Below are positions 16,596-26,210 of a stretch of DNA of 58,939 nt, one piece after another. Each line of letters begins with the position of its first letter. Position 1 is the first letter of the stretch. The DNA comes from Candidatus Omnitrophota bacterium (GTDB taxonomy: Bacteria; Omnitrophota; Gorgyraeia; Gygaellales; Profunditerraquicolaceae). Location: contig JBAYMG010000007.1 of assembly GCA_041663665.1 (NCBI GenBank), positions 1-58,939 of the forward strand, read 5' to 3'. Below the pieces are notes generated by a model. The model made no database searches, had not been told where the DNA came from, and worked only from the letters and a program-made list of their open reading frames with translations. The translations under genes were made by a program, and so were the position numbers.

Positions 16596-17523
16596 AATAT
16601 TATTTTCTAGCTTAGTTTTTTTCTTGGCAGCTTTGGCTTCTGTTTGTTTTGCTCAAGATAAAAAAGAGCCGGCTTCGCCGATTACGGTTGAGGCTAAGGT
16701 AGATAAAAAAGTTGCGGCTATCGGTGACAAAATAAAATACACCATTCTTATTCAAAAAGATAAGGATATTGAAATTCAACCTTTTGTTTTTGGGGAGAAT
16801 TTAGGTAATTTTGCGATTAAGGATTTTGGTTCAAAGCGAAGCGTATTTTTGAATAAAGAAAAAATTTCTGAATGGTACATTTTGGATACATATATAACCG
16901 GAAAAACCACTATACCTAAGGTAGTTCTTAAATATAAGTTAAAGAAAGATAAAGACTGGAGCCAGGTTGAAGCCGGAGAGATTACGCTTGAGATAAAAAG
17001 TGTTTTGGATAAAACCGGGCTAGATATCCAGATGCGGGATGTAAAAGGCCCGGTAGGATTGCCTTCGGGAATAAACAAGTATCTCATTTTCACAATTCTA
17101 TTTATTGCAGTGATTTTAGGCAGTTTAGCCGTATGTTTTTTAAAAAGAAATAAAGAGGTGTCTATGCCAACAAGGCCTGCCTGGGAAATAGCTTATGAGC
17201 AGCTTGAGCTTTTGCGTTTAAAGGATTACGTCGGACAGGGGAAGATCAAAGAATATTATACGGAAGCCTCGGATATTATCAGGCATTATCTTGAGAATCA
17301 ATTTAAGCTTAGGGCCCCTGAGATGACTACCGAAGAATTTTTGATTAGCGTAAGGGATTCTTCGGGATTAATTAATGAGCATAAAAATCTCCTGAAAGAG
17401 TTCTTGCTTTGTTGTGATTTGGTAAAATTTGCCAGATATTCGCCTCCTGCAGATGAAATAAATTCTGTTTTAGATTCAGCAAAACATTTTATTAGCCAGA
17501 CAAAAGAAAATGATCCTGCATAA
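16576..17523 (+). CDS. Bat-operon accessory membrane protein (BatD-like N-domain, DUF4381-like)
   Basis: Signal peptide, AKVDKKVAAIGDKIKY, RDVKGP, TM, YYTEASDIIRHYLE..APEMTTEEF, DLVKFARY. Confidence 0.75.
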   Translation: MKKFQNKILFSSLVFFLAALASVCFAQDKKEPASPITVEAKVDKKVAAIGDKIKYTILIQKDKDIEIQPFVFGENLGNFAIKDFGSKRSVFLNKEKISEWYILDTYITGKTTIPKVVLKYKLKKDKDWSQVEAGEITLEIKSVLDKTGLDIQMRDVKGPVGLPSGINKYLIFTILFIAVILGSLAVCFLKRNKEVSMPTRPAWEIAYEQLELLRLKDYVGQGKIKEYYTEASDIIRHYLENQFKLRAPEMTTEEFLISVRDSSGLINEHKNLLKEFLLCCDLVKFARYSPPADEINSVLDSAKHFISQTKENDPA

Positions 17524-18508
17524 TCCGTTTGTCCTGATCCTTATTCCGCTAGCCGTAATGCTTTTTTTATACAAAGAGAAAAAGCCGAAAACTGTGTCGG
17601 CTTTTAAGTTCTCATCAGGTGAATTAGTGGGGGGGGTGAAAAGTTCTTTTAAGCTTAAGCTAAGCCAAAAAATGATTTTTTTGAGAATTTTGGCTGTAAT
17701 ATTAATAATTTTTGCTTTGTCCAGGCCGCAGTCGCCAGTTGCTGATTCTAAGATACAGTCAGAAGGTATCGATATTGTCCTGGCGATTGATTGTTCTACT
17801 AGTATGCTTGCTGAGGATTTTAAACTGGGAGGGCAAAGGCAAAGCCGGGTTGAAGTTGTTAAAAGCGCGGTTAAAGATTTTATTGCCGGCAGAAAGAATG
17901 ACCGTATTGCTATTGTAGCTTTTGCTGCCCGGGCGTATACAGTTTGCCCGTTAACCCTGGATTATGGCTGGTTGTTGGATAATTTGGAAAGAGTTAAAAC
18001 GGGTTTAATCGAAGATGGAACAGCAATCGGCTCCGGGATAGCCACTTCTTTAAATCGATTGAAGGAAGCTAAGGCAAAAAGTAAAGTCGTTATTTTGCTT
18101 ACTGATGGCCGTAATAATACAGGTAAGATCTCTCCAATGACCGCTGCGGAAGCAGCTAAGGCTTTAAAAATTAAGATTTATACTATTGGTGCCGGTTCAA
18201 AAGGCCCGGTACCTTATCCGGTGAAAGATTTTTTTGGTAATACGGTATATCAGCCTGTTCAGATAGATATTGATGAGGATACTTTAATTAAAATCGCGGA
18301 TTCCACCGGGGGAAAATATTTTCGGGCGCAAGATACCGAAGGCCTGCGTAAGATATATAAAGAAATAGATGGGTTGGAAAAGACGATAATCGAGGATAAA
18401 GGTTATTTAGAATATAATGAATTATTTACGGTGTTTCTAATTTTGGGTTTAGCAGTTTTATTATTGGATATTATTCTGTCTAATACTATTTTAAGAAAAA
18501 TACCATGA
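17510..18508 (+). CDS. batA: BatA vWA-domain protein
   Basis: MIDAS DCSTSM, DGTAIGSGI, ILLTDGRNN, KIYTIG; position in the MoxR/Bat operon. Confidence 0.9.
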   Translation: MILHNPFVLILIPLAVMLFLYKEKKPKTVSAFKFSSGELVGGVKSSFKLKLSQKMIFLRILAVILIIFALSRPQSPVADSKIQSEGIDIVLAIDCSTSMLAEDFKLGGQRQSRVEVVKSAVKDFIAGRKNDRIAIVAFAARAYTVCPLTLDYGWLLDNLERVKTGLIEDGTAIGSGIATSLNRLKEAKAKSKVVILLTDGRNNTGKISPMTAAEAAKALKIKIYTIGAGSKGPVPYPVKDFFGNTVYQPVQIDIDEDTLIKIADSTGGKYFRAQDTEGLRKIYKEIDGLEKTIIEDKGYLEYNELFTVFLILGLAVLLLDIILSNTILRKIP

Positions 18509-19518
18509 GATTTGCCGCGGTAAATTTTATTTTGGGATTTTTTGTCATCTTTATTTTGGTATTATTTTATTTCTGGGCTGCCCGAGCCCGTAAGGCTGCT
18601 CTTGAGAAATTTGCCCAAAAAGAACTCTTGGGTGATTTGTTAGTTGCTATTGACTATCGAAAGAGATTCTTAAAAATCTTCCTAATAATTTTAGCCATTG
18701 CGTTTTGTCTTTTTGCTTTGATGCGGCCGCAATGGGGATTTCATTGGGAGGAAGTAAAGCGCAGCGGTGTGGATATTTTGATTGCTTTGGATACTTCAAA
18801 AAGCATGCTTGCTGAAGATGTTAAACCCGATAGGTTCCAGCGTTCAAAATTAGCAATCAAAGACCTGGTGCATAATCTCAAAGGAGATAGGATTGGTTTA
18901 ATTGCTTTTTCCGGAAGCGCATTTTTACAATGCCCTCTTACTGTGGATTACGGAGGATTTTTACTTGCACTCGATAATATTGGTATAGATACTATTCCTA
19001 AGGGCGGGACATCGATAACCAGCGCAATAAAAGAAGCTTTAAGAAGCTATGAGGGCGGGCAGAAGAAATATAAGGTGCTGATTATTATTACCGATGGCGA
19101 AGACCATGAAGGTAACCCCGTTCAAGAAGCTTTAGAGGCTAGAAAAGAAGGAATCAGTATATTTTGTGTTGGTATAGGTACCCGGGAAGGGGATCTTATC
19201 CCGGTTGAAGATGAATCTGGGCAGAAAGTGTTTTTAAAGGATAGGCAGGGCAATGTTATTAAATCTCGCCTTGACGAGAGCAGCCTGCAGAAGATTGCTT
19301 TAACTACCGGGGGCGTATACGTAAGAGCTACTAATACCGAATTCGGCTTAGATTTGATTTACCGGGAAAAGGTTTCTAAGATGGAAAAGAGGGAACTGCA
19401 GTCTAAAATGAATAAGCATTATGAAGAGAGGTTCCAGATATTTTTATGGCTGGCGTTATTGTTATTAATGTTGGAGCCTTTCATTGGCGATAAAAAGAAT
19501 ATAAGGAAGATTTTTTAA
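18505..19518 (+). CDS. batB: BatB vWA-domain protein
   Basis: RPQWG, ALDTSKSMLAEDVKPDR, PLTVDY, IITDGEDHEG. Confidence 0.9.
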   Translation: MRFAAVNFILGFFVIFILVLFYFWAARARKAALEKFAQKELLGDLLVAIDYRKRFLKIFLIILAIAFCLFALMRPQWGFHWEEVKRSGVDILIALDTSKSMLAEDVKPDRFQRSKLAIKDLVHNLKGDRIGLIAFSGSAFLQCPLTVDYGGFLLALDNIGIDTIPKGGTSITSAIKEALRSYEGGQKKYKVLIIITDGEDHEGNPVQEALEARKEGISIFCVGIGTREGDLIPVEDESGQKVFLKDRQGNVIKSRLDESSLQKIALTTGGVYVRATNTEFGLDLIYREKVSKMEKRELQSKMNKHYEERFQIFLWLALLLLMLEPFIGDKKNIRKIF

Positions 19519-19519
19519 A

Positions 19520-20341
19520 ATGAGAAAGCTAGTGTTTATTATTCTTCAGGTTGTAATTATGTCGGGAAGTTTTTGCCTGCTTTCATTTGCCGAGGATAGT
19601 GCTAAAATAGTGGGCCAGGCAAACAGCCTGTATAAACAGGGAAAGTATGACGAGGCGATTAAATTATACAATCAGGCACAAATAAAATCTCCGGATTCTT
19701 CGGAGATTAATTATAATATAGGTATAGCTGAGTACAAAAAAAGCGATTATAATCAAGCAATCAGCTTTTTTGAAAAAGCAACTTCTTCTCAAGACAAGAT
19801 TTTAGAATCTAAGGCAAATTTCAATATCGCCAATTCAAAATATAGGCTGGGTAAACTTAAGGAAAATACAGAATTAAAAGAAACTGTAAGTTTAATGCGT
19901 CAAGCGTTGGATTATTACAAAAGGGCAATAGAGTTAAATTCTAAAGATCAGGATGCAAAAATAAACCATGAGCTGGTTGAAAAAGAATTAAAGATCCTTT
20001 TGGATAAATTAAAACAAGAGCAGGATAAGCAAAAAGGTCAATCCGGGCAAGAAAAAGAAGGGCAGGATGATAAGAAGGAGCAGGCAGCTTTAGGCCAGGA
20101 TCAAAAGGCGAAAGAACAAAAGAAAGAAGAGCCTAAAGAAGGCCAGGAGATTAAGCAGGCTGAAGAGCAGCAGGGAAGCCAGGATAAGGAATCTGCTAAC
20201 CAGGCTTCTGGCGAGGCAAAGGATATGTCTAAGGAAGAAGCGAATATGCTCTTAGAGGGGTATAGGCAGGAAGAGAATTCTGCCGGAAAATTAGAAGATA
20301 ATAAAAAAGGTAATGCCGGTGAAGTATCGAAGGATTGGTAA
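19520..20341 (+). CDS. batC: BatC TPR protein
   Basis: TPRs, Q/E/K-rich linker, C-terminal KDW typical of BatC. Confidence 0.85.
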   Translation: MRKLVFIILQVVIMSGSFCLLSFAEDSAKIVGQANSLYKQGKYDEAIKLYNQAQIKSPDSSEINYNIGIAEYKKSDYNQAISFFEKATSSQDKILESKANFNIANSKYRLGKLKENTELKETVSLMRQALDYYKRAIELNSKDQDAKINHELVEKELKILLDKLKQEQDKQKGQSGQEKEGQDDKKEQAALGQDQKAKEQKKEEPKEGQEIKQAEEQQGSQDKESANQASGEAKDMSKEEANMLLEGYRQEENSAGKLEDNKKGNAGEVSKDW

Positions 20342-22176
20342 TGTCTAGGTTAAAAAATAAAACTATAAATTTTAAGCTTTTAATTTTATGCTTAAGCCTT
20401 GCGTTTAATGCCTTAAGTTCTGCGGGTATTTGTTTTGCCAAAGAATTTAACTTTGAAGCCACGGTTGATAGGAACAAGCTGTCTTTGGGTAGTTCTCTGC
20501 AGTTAGCTCTGGCATTTGATGACGTACAAAACATGCCAGTTCCGGAATTACCGGCAATTGATGGATTCCAAGCGCGTTATTTGGGCCCTTCAACGATGAT
20601 GTCTATAGTTAATGGAAAGTCATCAAGTTCGATAACGCATAATTACCTGCTTCTTTCGACGAAAGTGGGTAATTTTAAGATTGGGCCTTTTAAAATAGAA
20701 CATAGTGGAGATAGATATACTTCTAATCAACTTAGTGTCGAGGTCTTGGCCGGGCAGGTTGAAAATACTTCTCAACCCGGCAATCAGGCGGAACCGTTGA
20801 TCAAGGATTTAAACGACAGGTTGTTTTTGATAATTCAAACAAAGAAGAAGAGCGCCTATTTAAATGAGATTATTCCGCTAACCATTAAATTGTATATAAA
20901 TAATTTAGGCGTAAGAGATATTCAATATCCGGAGTTCAGCCATGAAGGTTTTTCAGTTGGAAGGTTTGATAAGCCTAACCAGTATCAGGAGGTTTATAAA
21001 GGGGTGAATTTCGATGTCTTGGAATTCAATACTTCAATTTTCGGCTTAAGGCCGGGAGAATTTAAATTGGGGCCGTCTAATATCAAATGTAATTTGATTA
21101 TACAGAAGCAGCCAAGAGGCAGGTCTACTTTTAATTCGAATATCTTTGATGATTTTTTCGGCAGGCAGGAAATCTATCCTGTAAATTTGCAATCCGGGTA
21201 TATCGCGCTTACTGTTTTGCCGCTGCCGGCAGAGAATCGGCCGGAGGATTTTTCAGGTACTTTGGGTAATTTTAATCTTGAAGTGTCAGTTTCTCCTCTA
21301 GAGGTTAAGGTAGGAGATCCGATTACTCTTACTATGGTTGTTAGCGGGGAAGGTAATCTCGATACTGTCGGAGCCCCGAAGCTTAAATCTGAAGCAGGTT
21401 TTAAAATTTACGAGCCCCAAATAAAACAAGCAGGTAACCAAAAGAGTTTCGAGCAAATTATTATGCCAATGAGCGCTCAGGTTAAGGAAGTTCCGATGAT
21501 CTCGCTCGCTTTTTTTAATATTCAGTCCGGGGAGTATAAAACTATAACCCGCGGGCCTTTTCCGATAGTTATCGTTAAGCCTGAAAAAGAAGAAGAGTCC
21601 AAAGTAGTAGAAAATAAACTGCCTGCTGTTGTTCCGGCTGTTCAAGAGGAGAAATTAGGCAGGGATATTATTTATATTAAAGAAAATTGCGGGCATTTAG
21701 CAAGGAAGGGTGAGTATCTTTATAAAAATAGAATATTTTTAGGATTACAGGTTATTCCTTTATTAATTTATTTGTTAACATTTATAATTTATAAAAGGCA
21801 AAGAAGATTTAAAACAGACTTGAAATACGCCAGGCAGCTTTTAGCTCCACGCAAGGCCAGGACAGGGATTTATCAAGCCAAAAAGTATTTAGATAAAGCT
21901 GATGTTGATAAATTTTATGATACTTTATTTGATACCATGCAGGAATATCTGGGAGATAGGTTGCATTTGCCTTCAAAAGGTATAACCATCAGTGTTATCG
22001 ATGAGCATTTAGGCAATAATGTTGTAGACGCCCAGGTACTGGTTAAGCTGAGAGATATCTTCCGGGACTGTGATATGGTTAGGTATGCTTCTTCGCAGCT
22101 AACTGGTGAGAATATGCGCGATTCTTTAAAAAAATTAGAAGAAGTTATTGATTATCTTCAAAGACAAAAAATATGA
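20335..22176 (+). CDS. batD: BatD family protein
   Basis: EATVDRNK, SIVNGKSSSSIT, VKVGDPITL, GEGNL repeated Ig-like modules. Confidence 0.88.
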   Translation: MVMSRLKNKTINFKLLILCLSLAFNALSSAGICFAKEFNFEATVDRNKLSLGSSLQLALAFDDVQNMPVPELPAIDGFQARYLGPSTMMSIVNGKSSSSITHNYLLLSTKVGNFKIGPFKIEHSGDRYTSNQLSVEVLAGQVENTSQPGNQAEPLIKDLNDRLFLIIQTKKKSAYLNEIIPLTIKLYINNLGVRDIQYPEFSHEGFSVGRFDKPNQYQEVYKGVNFDVLEFNTSIFGLRPGEFKLGPSNIKCNLIIQKQPRGRSTFNSNIFDDFFGRQEIYPVNLQSGYIALTVLPLPAENRPEDFSGTLGNFNLEVSVSPLEVKVGDPITLTMVVSGEGNLDTVGAPKLKSEAGFKIYEPQIKQAGNQKSFEQIIMPMSAQVKEVPMISLAFFNIQSGEYKTITRGPFPIVIVKPEKEEESKVVENKLPAVVPAVQEEKLGRDIIYIKENCGHLARKGEYLYKNRIFLGLQVIPLLIYLLTFIIYKRQRRFKTDLKYARQLLAPRKARTGIYQAKKYLDKADVDKFYDTLFDTMQEYLGDRLHLPSKGITISVIDEHLGNNVVDAQVLVKLRDIFRDCDMVRYASSQLTGENMRDSLKKLEEVIDYLQRQKI

Positions 22177-22955
22177 AAATAAAAAGTTTGACTAGTTTAT
22201 TAGTTTTATTTATAGTTTTAAGTTTTCATAGTGTATTTGCGCAAGAGGCAGCGCCTAATGCGCAAGGATCGCTTTTTTATCAGGCAAATGCTTATTACCG
22301 GGAAGGAAAATATAATGTAGCTATCAAGGACTATAAAAAACTTATTGATTCCGGCCTAGAAAGCGGGAATTTGTATTATAATTTGGGGAATAGCTACTTT
22401 AAGCAAGGCCAGCTTGGGCTGGCCCTCTTAAATTATGAAAGGGCTAAGTTTTTTATTCCCCAGGATAGTGATTTGAGATCTAACTTTGAGTATACCCTGC
22501 ATACGTTAAATTTAGAGCCGCAGTCTTTTGGTAGCCGGGCGCAGAGGTTAGTTTATAAATTATTTGAAGCTATGACGCTTGATTTTTTAACTGTTTTTCT
22601 ATCTATTGTGTATGTTATTTTAATTTTATTCTTTATTTTGAATTTATTTTCCAGCGGAATAAAAAAGGTTTTCGGAGTAGCTGTCTCTATATTGCTGACG
22701 TTATTTATTCTATCGGCCGTTGCTTTGGATGGAAGAATAAACTATCTTAATAAAAGTGCTATTGTTGTAAGTAAAGAAGCCGATGTTAAATTTGAGCCCT
22801 TTGCCGGGGCGACTACTTATTTTAAGCTAAATGAAGGCAGCAGGGTAGAAGTAACAGATAAGGCTGAGAGTTGGTATAAATTGAAGCGATTTGATGGAAA
22901 AACAGGCTGGGTAGATAAAGGCGCCTTAGTTTTAATTTCCGGTAATCCCCGATAA
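22173..22955 (+). CDS. batE: BatE TPR + SH3b protein
   Basis: LYYNLGNSYFKQGQLGLALLNYERA; C-terminal LNEGSRV..W....GKTGWV SH3b. Confidence 0.88.
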   Translation: MKIKSLTSLLVLFIVLSFHSVFAQEAAPNAQGSLFYQANAYYREGKYNVAIKDYKKLIDSGLESGNLYYNLGNSYFKQGQLGLALLNYERAKFFIPQDSDLRSNFEYTLHTLNLEPQSFGSRAQRLVYKLFEAMTLDFLTVFLSIVYVILILFFILNLFSSGIKKVFGVAVSILLTLFILSAVALDGRINYLNKSAIVVSKEADVKFEPFAGATTYFKLNEGSRVEVTDKAESWYKLKRFDGKTGWVDKGALVLISGNPR

Positions 22956-23049
22956 TAATATTATTCCTGATCAACTGTTAATGAGCTATTCCCGCGACTA
23001 TTTTTATACAGCTGGTTTCTCGCTGGCTGGGAAAAATAGAAAAAAGTAC

Positions 23050-23100
23050 TTGTTAAGTTGTACTTGAAATAAATAATATATGTTAAATGATACTTGACAA
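23050..23100. promoter_or_regulatory. Two imperfect palindromic operators (TTGTYAAG-N5-CTTRAMAA-like) overlapping the XRE promoter
   Basis: ttgttaag-ttgta-cttgaaat (23050-23070) and atgttaaa-tgata-cttgacaa (23080-23100), exactly 30 bp apart. Confidence 0.55.
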
Positions 23101-23122
23101 GGATAGCTTTTTAGTTTATATT
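23094..23122 (+). promoter_or_regulatory. Sigma70-type promoter of the XRE-cupin gene
   Basis: TTGACA-N17-TATATT; GGAGG RBS before ATG 23144. Confidence 0.7.
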
Positions 23123-23143
23123 CTTACTGGAGGCGCATAAAAA

Positions 23144-23695
23144 ATGAAGATCGTTGGCGTGAATATAAAAAGGTTAAGAGAAGATAAGGGGATGACGCTT
23201 AGGGCTTTTGGCAAGCAGCTAGGGGTTAGTGCCAGTTTTATATCACAGGTAGAAACCGGTAAGGCTTCTCCGTCGCTTTCTACTTTAAAAAATATTGCTG
23301 ATACTCTCTCGACAACTGTCGGTAATTTGATCGGGGAGGGGCAAAAAGCCAGTGATAATCCTGTGGTTAAAGCCAGCCAGCGGAAATATTTACAACAGGT
23401 AGGTAAGGGGGTTAATATTTATCTTTTGACTTCCCAAGACATAAATAAGCAAATGGAACCTATGTTGTTTAAATTAAGCGAGAAGGCTAATTCCGGCGAG
23501 GCTTCTTATAAGCATTTTGGACAGGAGTTTGTTTTGGTCCTTAGGGGGGAAATAGAAATTACACTAAATGATACGATATATATTTTAAAAAAGGGAGATA
23601 GTATTTATTTTAATTCCAGTGTTCCACACGCGTTTAAGAATATCGGCAAGGAAGAAGCAGAAGCTGTTTGGGTGGTCACGCCGCCTACTTTTTAA
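23144..23695 (+). CDS. XRE-family HTH + cupin transcriptional regulator
   Basis: IKRLREDKGMTLRAFGKQLGVSASFISQVETGKASPSLSTL; cupin HFGQEFVLVLRG..GDSIYFNSSVPH. Confidence 0.93.
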   Translation: MKIVGVNIKRLREDKGMTLRAFGKQLGVSASFISQVETGKASPSLSTLKNIADTLSTTVGNLIGEGQKASDNPVVKASQRKYLQQVGKGVNIYLLTSQDINKQMEPMLFKLSEKANSGEASYKHFGQEFVLVLRGEIEITLNDTIYILKKGDSIYFNSSVPHAFKNIGKEEAEAVWVVTPPTF

Positions 23696-23719
23696 AAGGA
23701 AGGATTTTTTTTGGAGTAA

Positions 23720-23740
23720 TTGTTAAGTATAGTTTAATAA
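23720..23740. promoter_or_regulatory. Third copy of the putative XRE operator upstream of the M20/ack genes
   Basis: ttgttaag-tatag-tttaataa; a weaker copy follows at 23740-23760. Confidence 0.45.
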
Positions 23741-23770
23741 TGTTAACTAATATAAAACAGGAGGAACAAA

Positions 23771-24985
23771 ATGAAAGATTTAATTAAGGCTAAGGCAAAA
23801 GGATTGAATGAATCACTGGTTAAGTTTTCCCGCAGAATTGCTGATTGTAATTCTACCGGCACTACGTCAGAATTTACTAAATTAATCTCTGAGGAGATGA
23901 AAAGCTTGAATTTTGATAAAGTGACTAACGATAAGTCAGGTAATCTGATCGGAGTTATTAAGGGATACGAAAATAAAGATGCGCTGGTGGTTATTTCGCA
24001 CCTGGATATTCTGTCGCCGCAAGAACAGAGAACAGAGGCTTGCCTTAAAAGCGGGGTAGTTAAATATAAAGGGGGAATAGTTTCCAGTGTGTACTCCGGG
24101 GCGCTTGTAAAAAGAACATTGTTGCCGTTAACCGGGGATTTAATTGTTTGCTGTATACCCAGGCATGAGTGTTGCGACTCAGGCATAAAGTATCTTTTTG
24201 AGAATTATTTAAAACCAAAGCTTAAAAAAATACGCGGAGTTATTCTTTGCGAGCCGACTGATTTTAATATTCATCTCGGGCACAAAGGAAGAATGGAATA
24301 TGAAATAATTGTTAAAGGCAGGCTGAACCGGAACTTTTTAGAAAATAAAAGCATGAACATGCTGGGGGCAATGTTCCCCTTAATCAGCGAATTGGAAAAA
24401 GCTTCAAAACAATTACCCAGTGATTCTAACTTGGGATATTCTAATCTCAGGATTAAGGATGTCAGATATAGCGGATATCATCCGGAAGATGAACTTAATG
24501 AGTTCAGGGTAGTTGTTGACCGGGTGTTTATTCCTGAGGAAAATCTTAGCGGTATTCTGGATAAAGCAAAGACTATTGCTAAGAATGTGTACAAGGGGGA
24601 GTTGGATATAACTATTAATACCGCTTTGGCCAGGGAAAAAGTAAAAACCTATACCGGTTTAGAGCTTGTTTCGGAGAAGGAATTTAAGCCCTGGGTAATG
24701 GAAAGCCATCATCCTTTTGCGTTAGAGTCACTTAAAAGCCTGGTGGATAACGGTTTTAAATCTTCCTTTGGGTATTGGAAGAAGATTATCACTGAAGGTT
24801 CATATACTTGCGCGGAATTAAATATACCTACGATTGGTTTCGGTGCCGGCTTAGAGGATACAATAGATTCAGACACTGAATCGCTGAGTATGGATAAATT
24901 AGAAAGAGCAGTATACGGGCAAGCGTTGATTATCCAAAGGAATATTGGGGTACCGACATTTGGCTGGAGTTCAGATGAAATATAA
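23771..24985 (+). CDS. M20/DapE-family (YgeY-like) hydrolase homologue with degenerate metal site
   Basis: EEMKSLNFDKV..DKSGNLIG, SHLD, CEPT, GHKGRMEY, IPTIGFGAG match the YgeY/M20 layout; GRGxxD and the C-terminal His ligand are not recognisable. Confidence 0.75.
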   Translation: MKDLIKAKAKGLNESLVKFSRRIADCNSTGTTSEFTKLISEEMKSLNFDKVTNDKSGNLIGVIKGYENKDALVVISHLDILSPQEQRTEACLKSGVVKYKGGIVSSVYSGALVKRTLLPLTGDLIVCCIPRHECCDSGIKYLFENYLKPKLKKIRGVILCEPTDFNIHLGHKGRMEYEIIVKGRLNRNFLENKSMNMLGAMFPLISELEKASKQLPSDSNLGYSNLRIKDVRYSGYHPEDELNEFRVVVDRVFIPEENLSGILDKAKTIAKNVYKGELDITINTALAREKVKTYTGLELVSEKEFKPWVMESHHPFALESLKSLVDNGFKSSFGYWKKIITEGSYTCAELNIPTIGFGAGLEDTIDSDTESLSMDKLERAVYGQALIIQRNIGVPTFGWSSDEI

Positions 24986-26210
24986 AAAAACAAAGATCAA
25001 TATTTTAACCTTGAATTGCGGCAGTTCTTCTTTGAAATACAGGATAATTAGGATGCCGGAGGAGAAATGCCTGGTTCAGGGGGAAGCTGAAAGAGTGGGA
25101 ATTAAAACCCAGGGGGATTCTGTAATTACTCATTCGGTTTTAGGTAAAACCAGAGTTATTAAACTTAAGCTTAAGGATCACGCTGAGGCGTTGAATAAAA
25201 TTTTAAGCTTGATAGCTAACGATGCGCGAGAGAATAAAGAAATAATTTTTGATATTTTTGCGCACCGCTATGTTCATCCCGGTAATTTTTTTACTAAGCC
25301 TGTAAAAGTGAATAAAATTGTTTTAGGTAAGTTGAAAGAAACTTTAAGTTTAGCAGCAATTCATAATCCCATCATCTATAATTTAATTGAATTCTGTAAC
25401 CGAAAATACAAAGCAGTTGAGCAATACGTTGTGTTCGATACCGCGTTTCATAAAACTATACCCGCTGAATTCTCCACCTACGCCCTTCCGGTGAAATTAT
25501 CCAAGAAATATGGCTTAAAGAAAATCGGTTTTCATGGTATATCGCATCAGTATGTAATGGAGGAGGCTTGCAGATTTTTAAAACGGGATCCTAAATTGCA
25601 GAAGGTAATCAGCTGCCATTTGGGCACAGGAGGATCCAGTATTTGTGCAATCAATCGGGGTAAATCATTTAACACTTCTATGGGGTTCACGCCTTTAGAA
25701 GGCTTGGTTATGAATACCCGCTGCGGGGACCTGGATTTAGGAGTTATTTTTTACATAATGTTCAAAGAGAATTTCTCCCCGGTAGAGGCTGAAAATATCC
25801 TTAATAAGAAAAGCGGGATTTTAGGCCTGTTCAGTTCCTCCTCGGATCTAAGGGATGTGGTTGGCAACATTGATACCGATCAAAAGGCAAAAATGGCATT
25901 TGATATGTATGTGCAGAGGGTAAAGGCATATTTAAGTTTTTACGTTTTAATCCTTAAAAAAGCGGATATTTTAATTTTCACAGATTCATTGGGTACCGGA
26001 GTCCCTTTATTGCGCCAGAGTATTTGCGCTAACCTGGATTTTTTAGGGATTAGTTTAGATAAAGATAAAAATCAGGCTTATCAGGATGGAATAGCCCAGC
26101 TAGGGTCTGCGCAGAGCCAAACAAAGATACTGGTTGTTCCGACCAATGAAGAACTTATGATTGCCAAAGAAACTTATAAGGAGTTAATAAAAAATGATAC
26201 TCGTAATTGA
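24975..26210 (+). CDS. ackA: Acetate kinase family protein with atypical nucleotide-binding loops
   Basis: LNCGSSSLKY, HRYVH, FDTAFH, GFHGISH, CHLGTGGSS, TSMGFTPLEG..TRCGD, SDLR, FTDSLG, PTNEE; ATG 24975 preferred. Confidence 0.9.
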   Translation: MKYKKTKINILTLNCGSSSLKYRIIRMPEEKCLVQGEAERVGIKTQGDSVITHSVLGKTRVIKLKLKDHAEALNKILSLIANDARENKEIIFDIFAHRYVHPGNFFTKPVKVNKIVLGKLKETLSLAAIHNPIIYNLIEFCNRKYKAVEQYVVFDTAFHKTIPAEFSTYALPVKLSKKYGLKKIGFHGISHQYVMEEACRFLKRDPKLQKVISCHLGTGGSSICAINRGKSFNTSMGFTPLEGLVMNTRCGDLDLGVIFYIMFKENFSPVEAENILNKKSGILGLFSSSSDLRDVVGNIDTDQKAKMAFDMYVQRVKAYLSFYVLILKKADILIFTDSLGTGVPLLRQSICANLDFLGISLDKDKNQAYQDGIAQLGSAQSQTKILVVPTNEELMIAKETYKELIKNDTRN

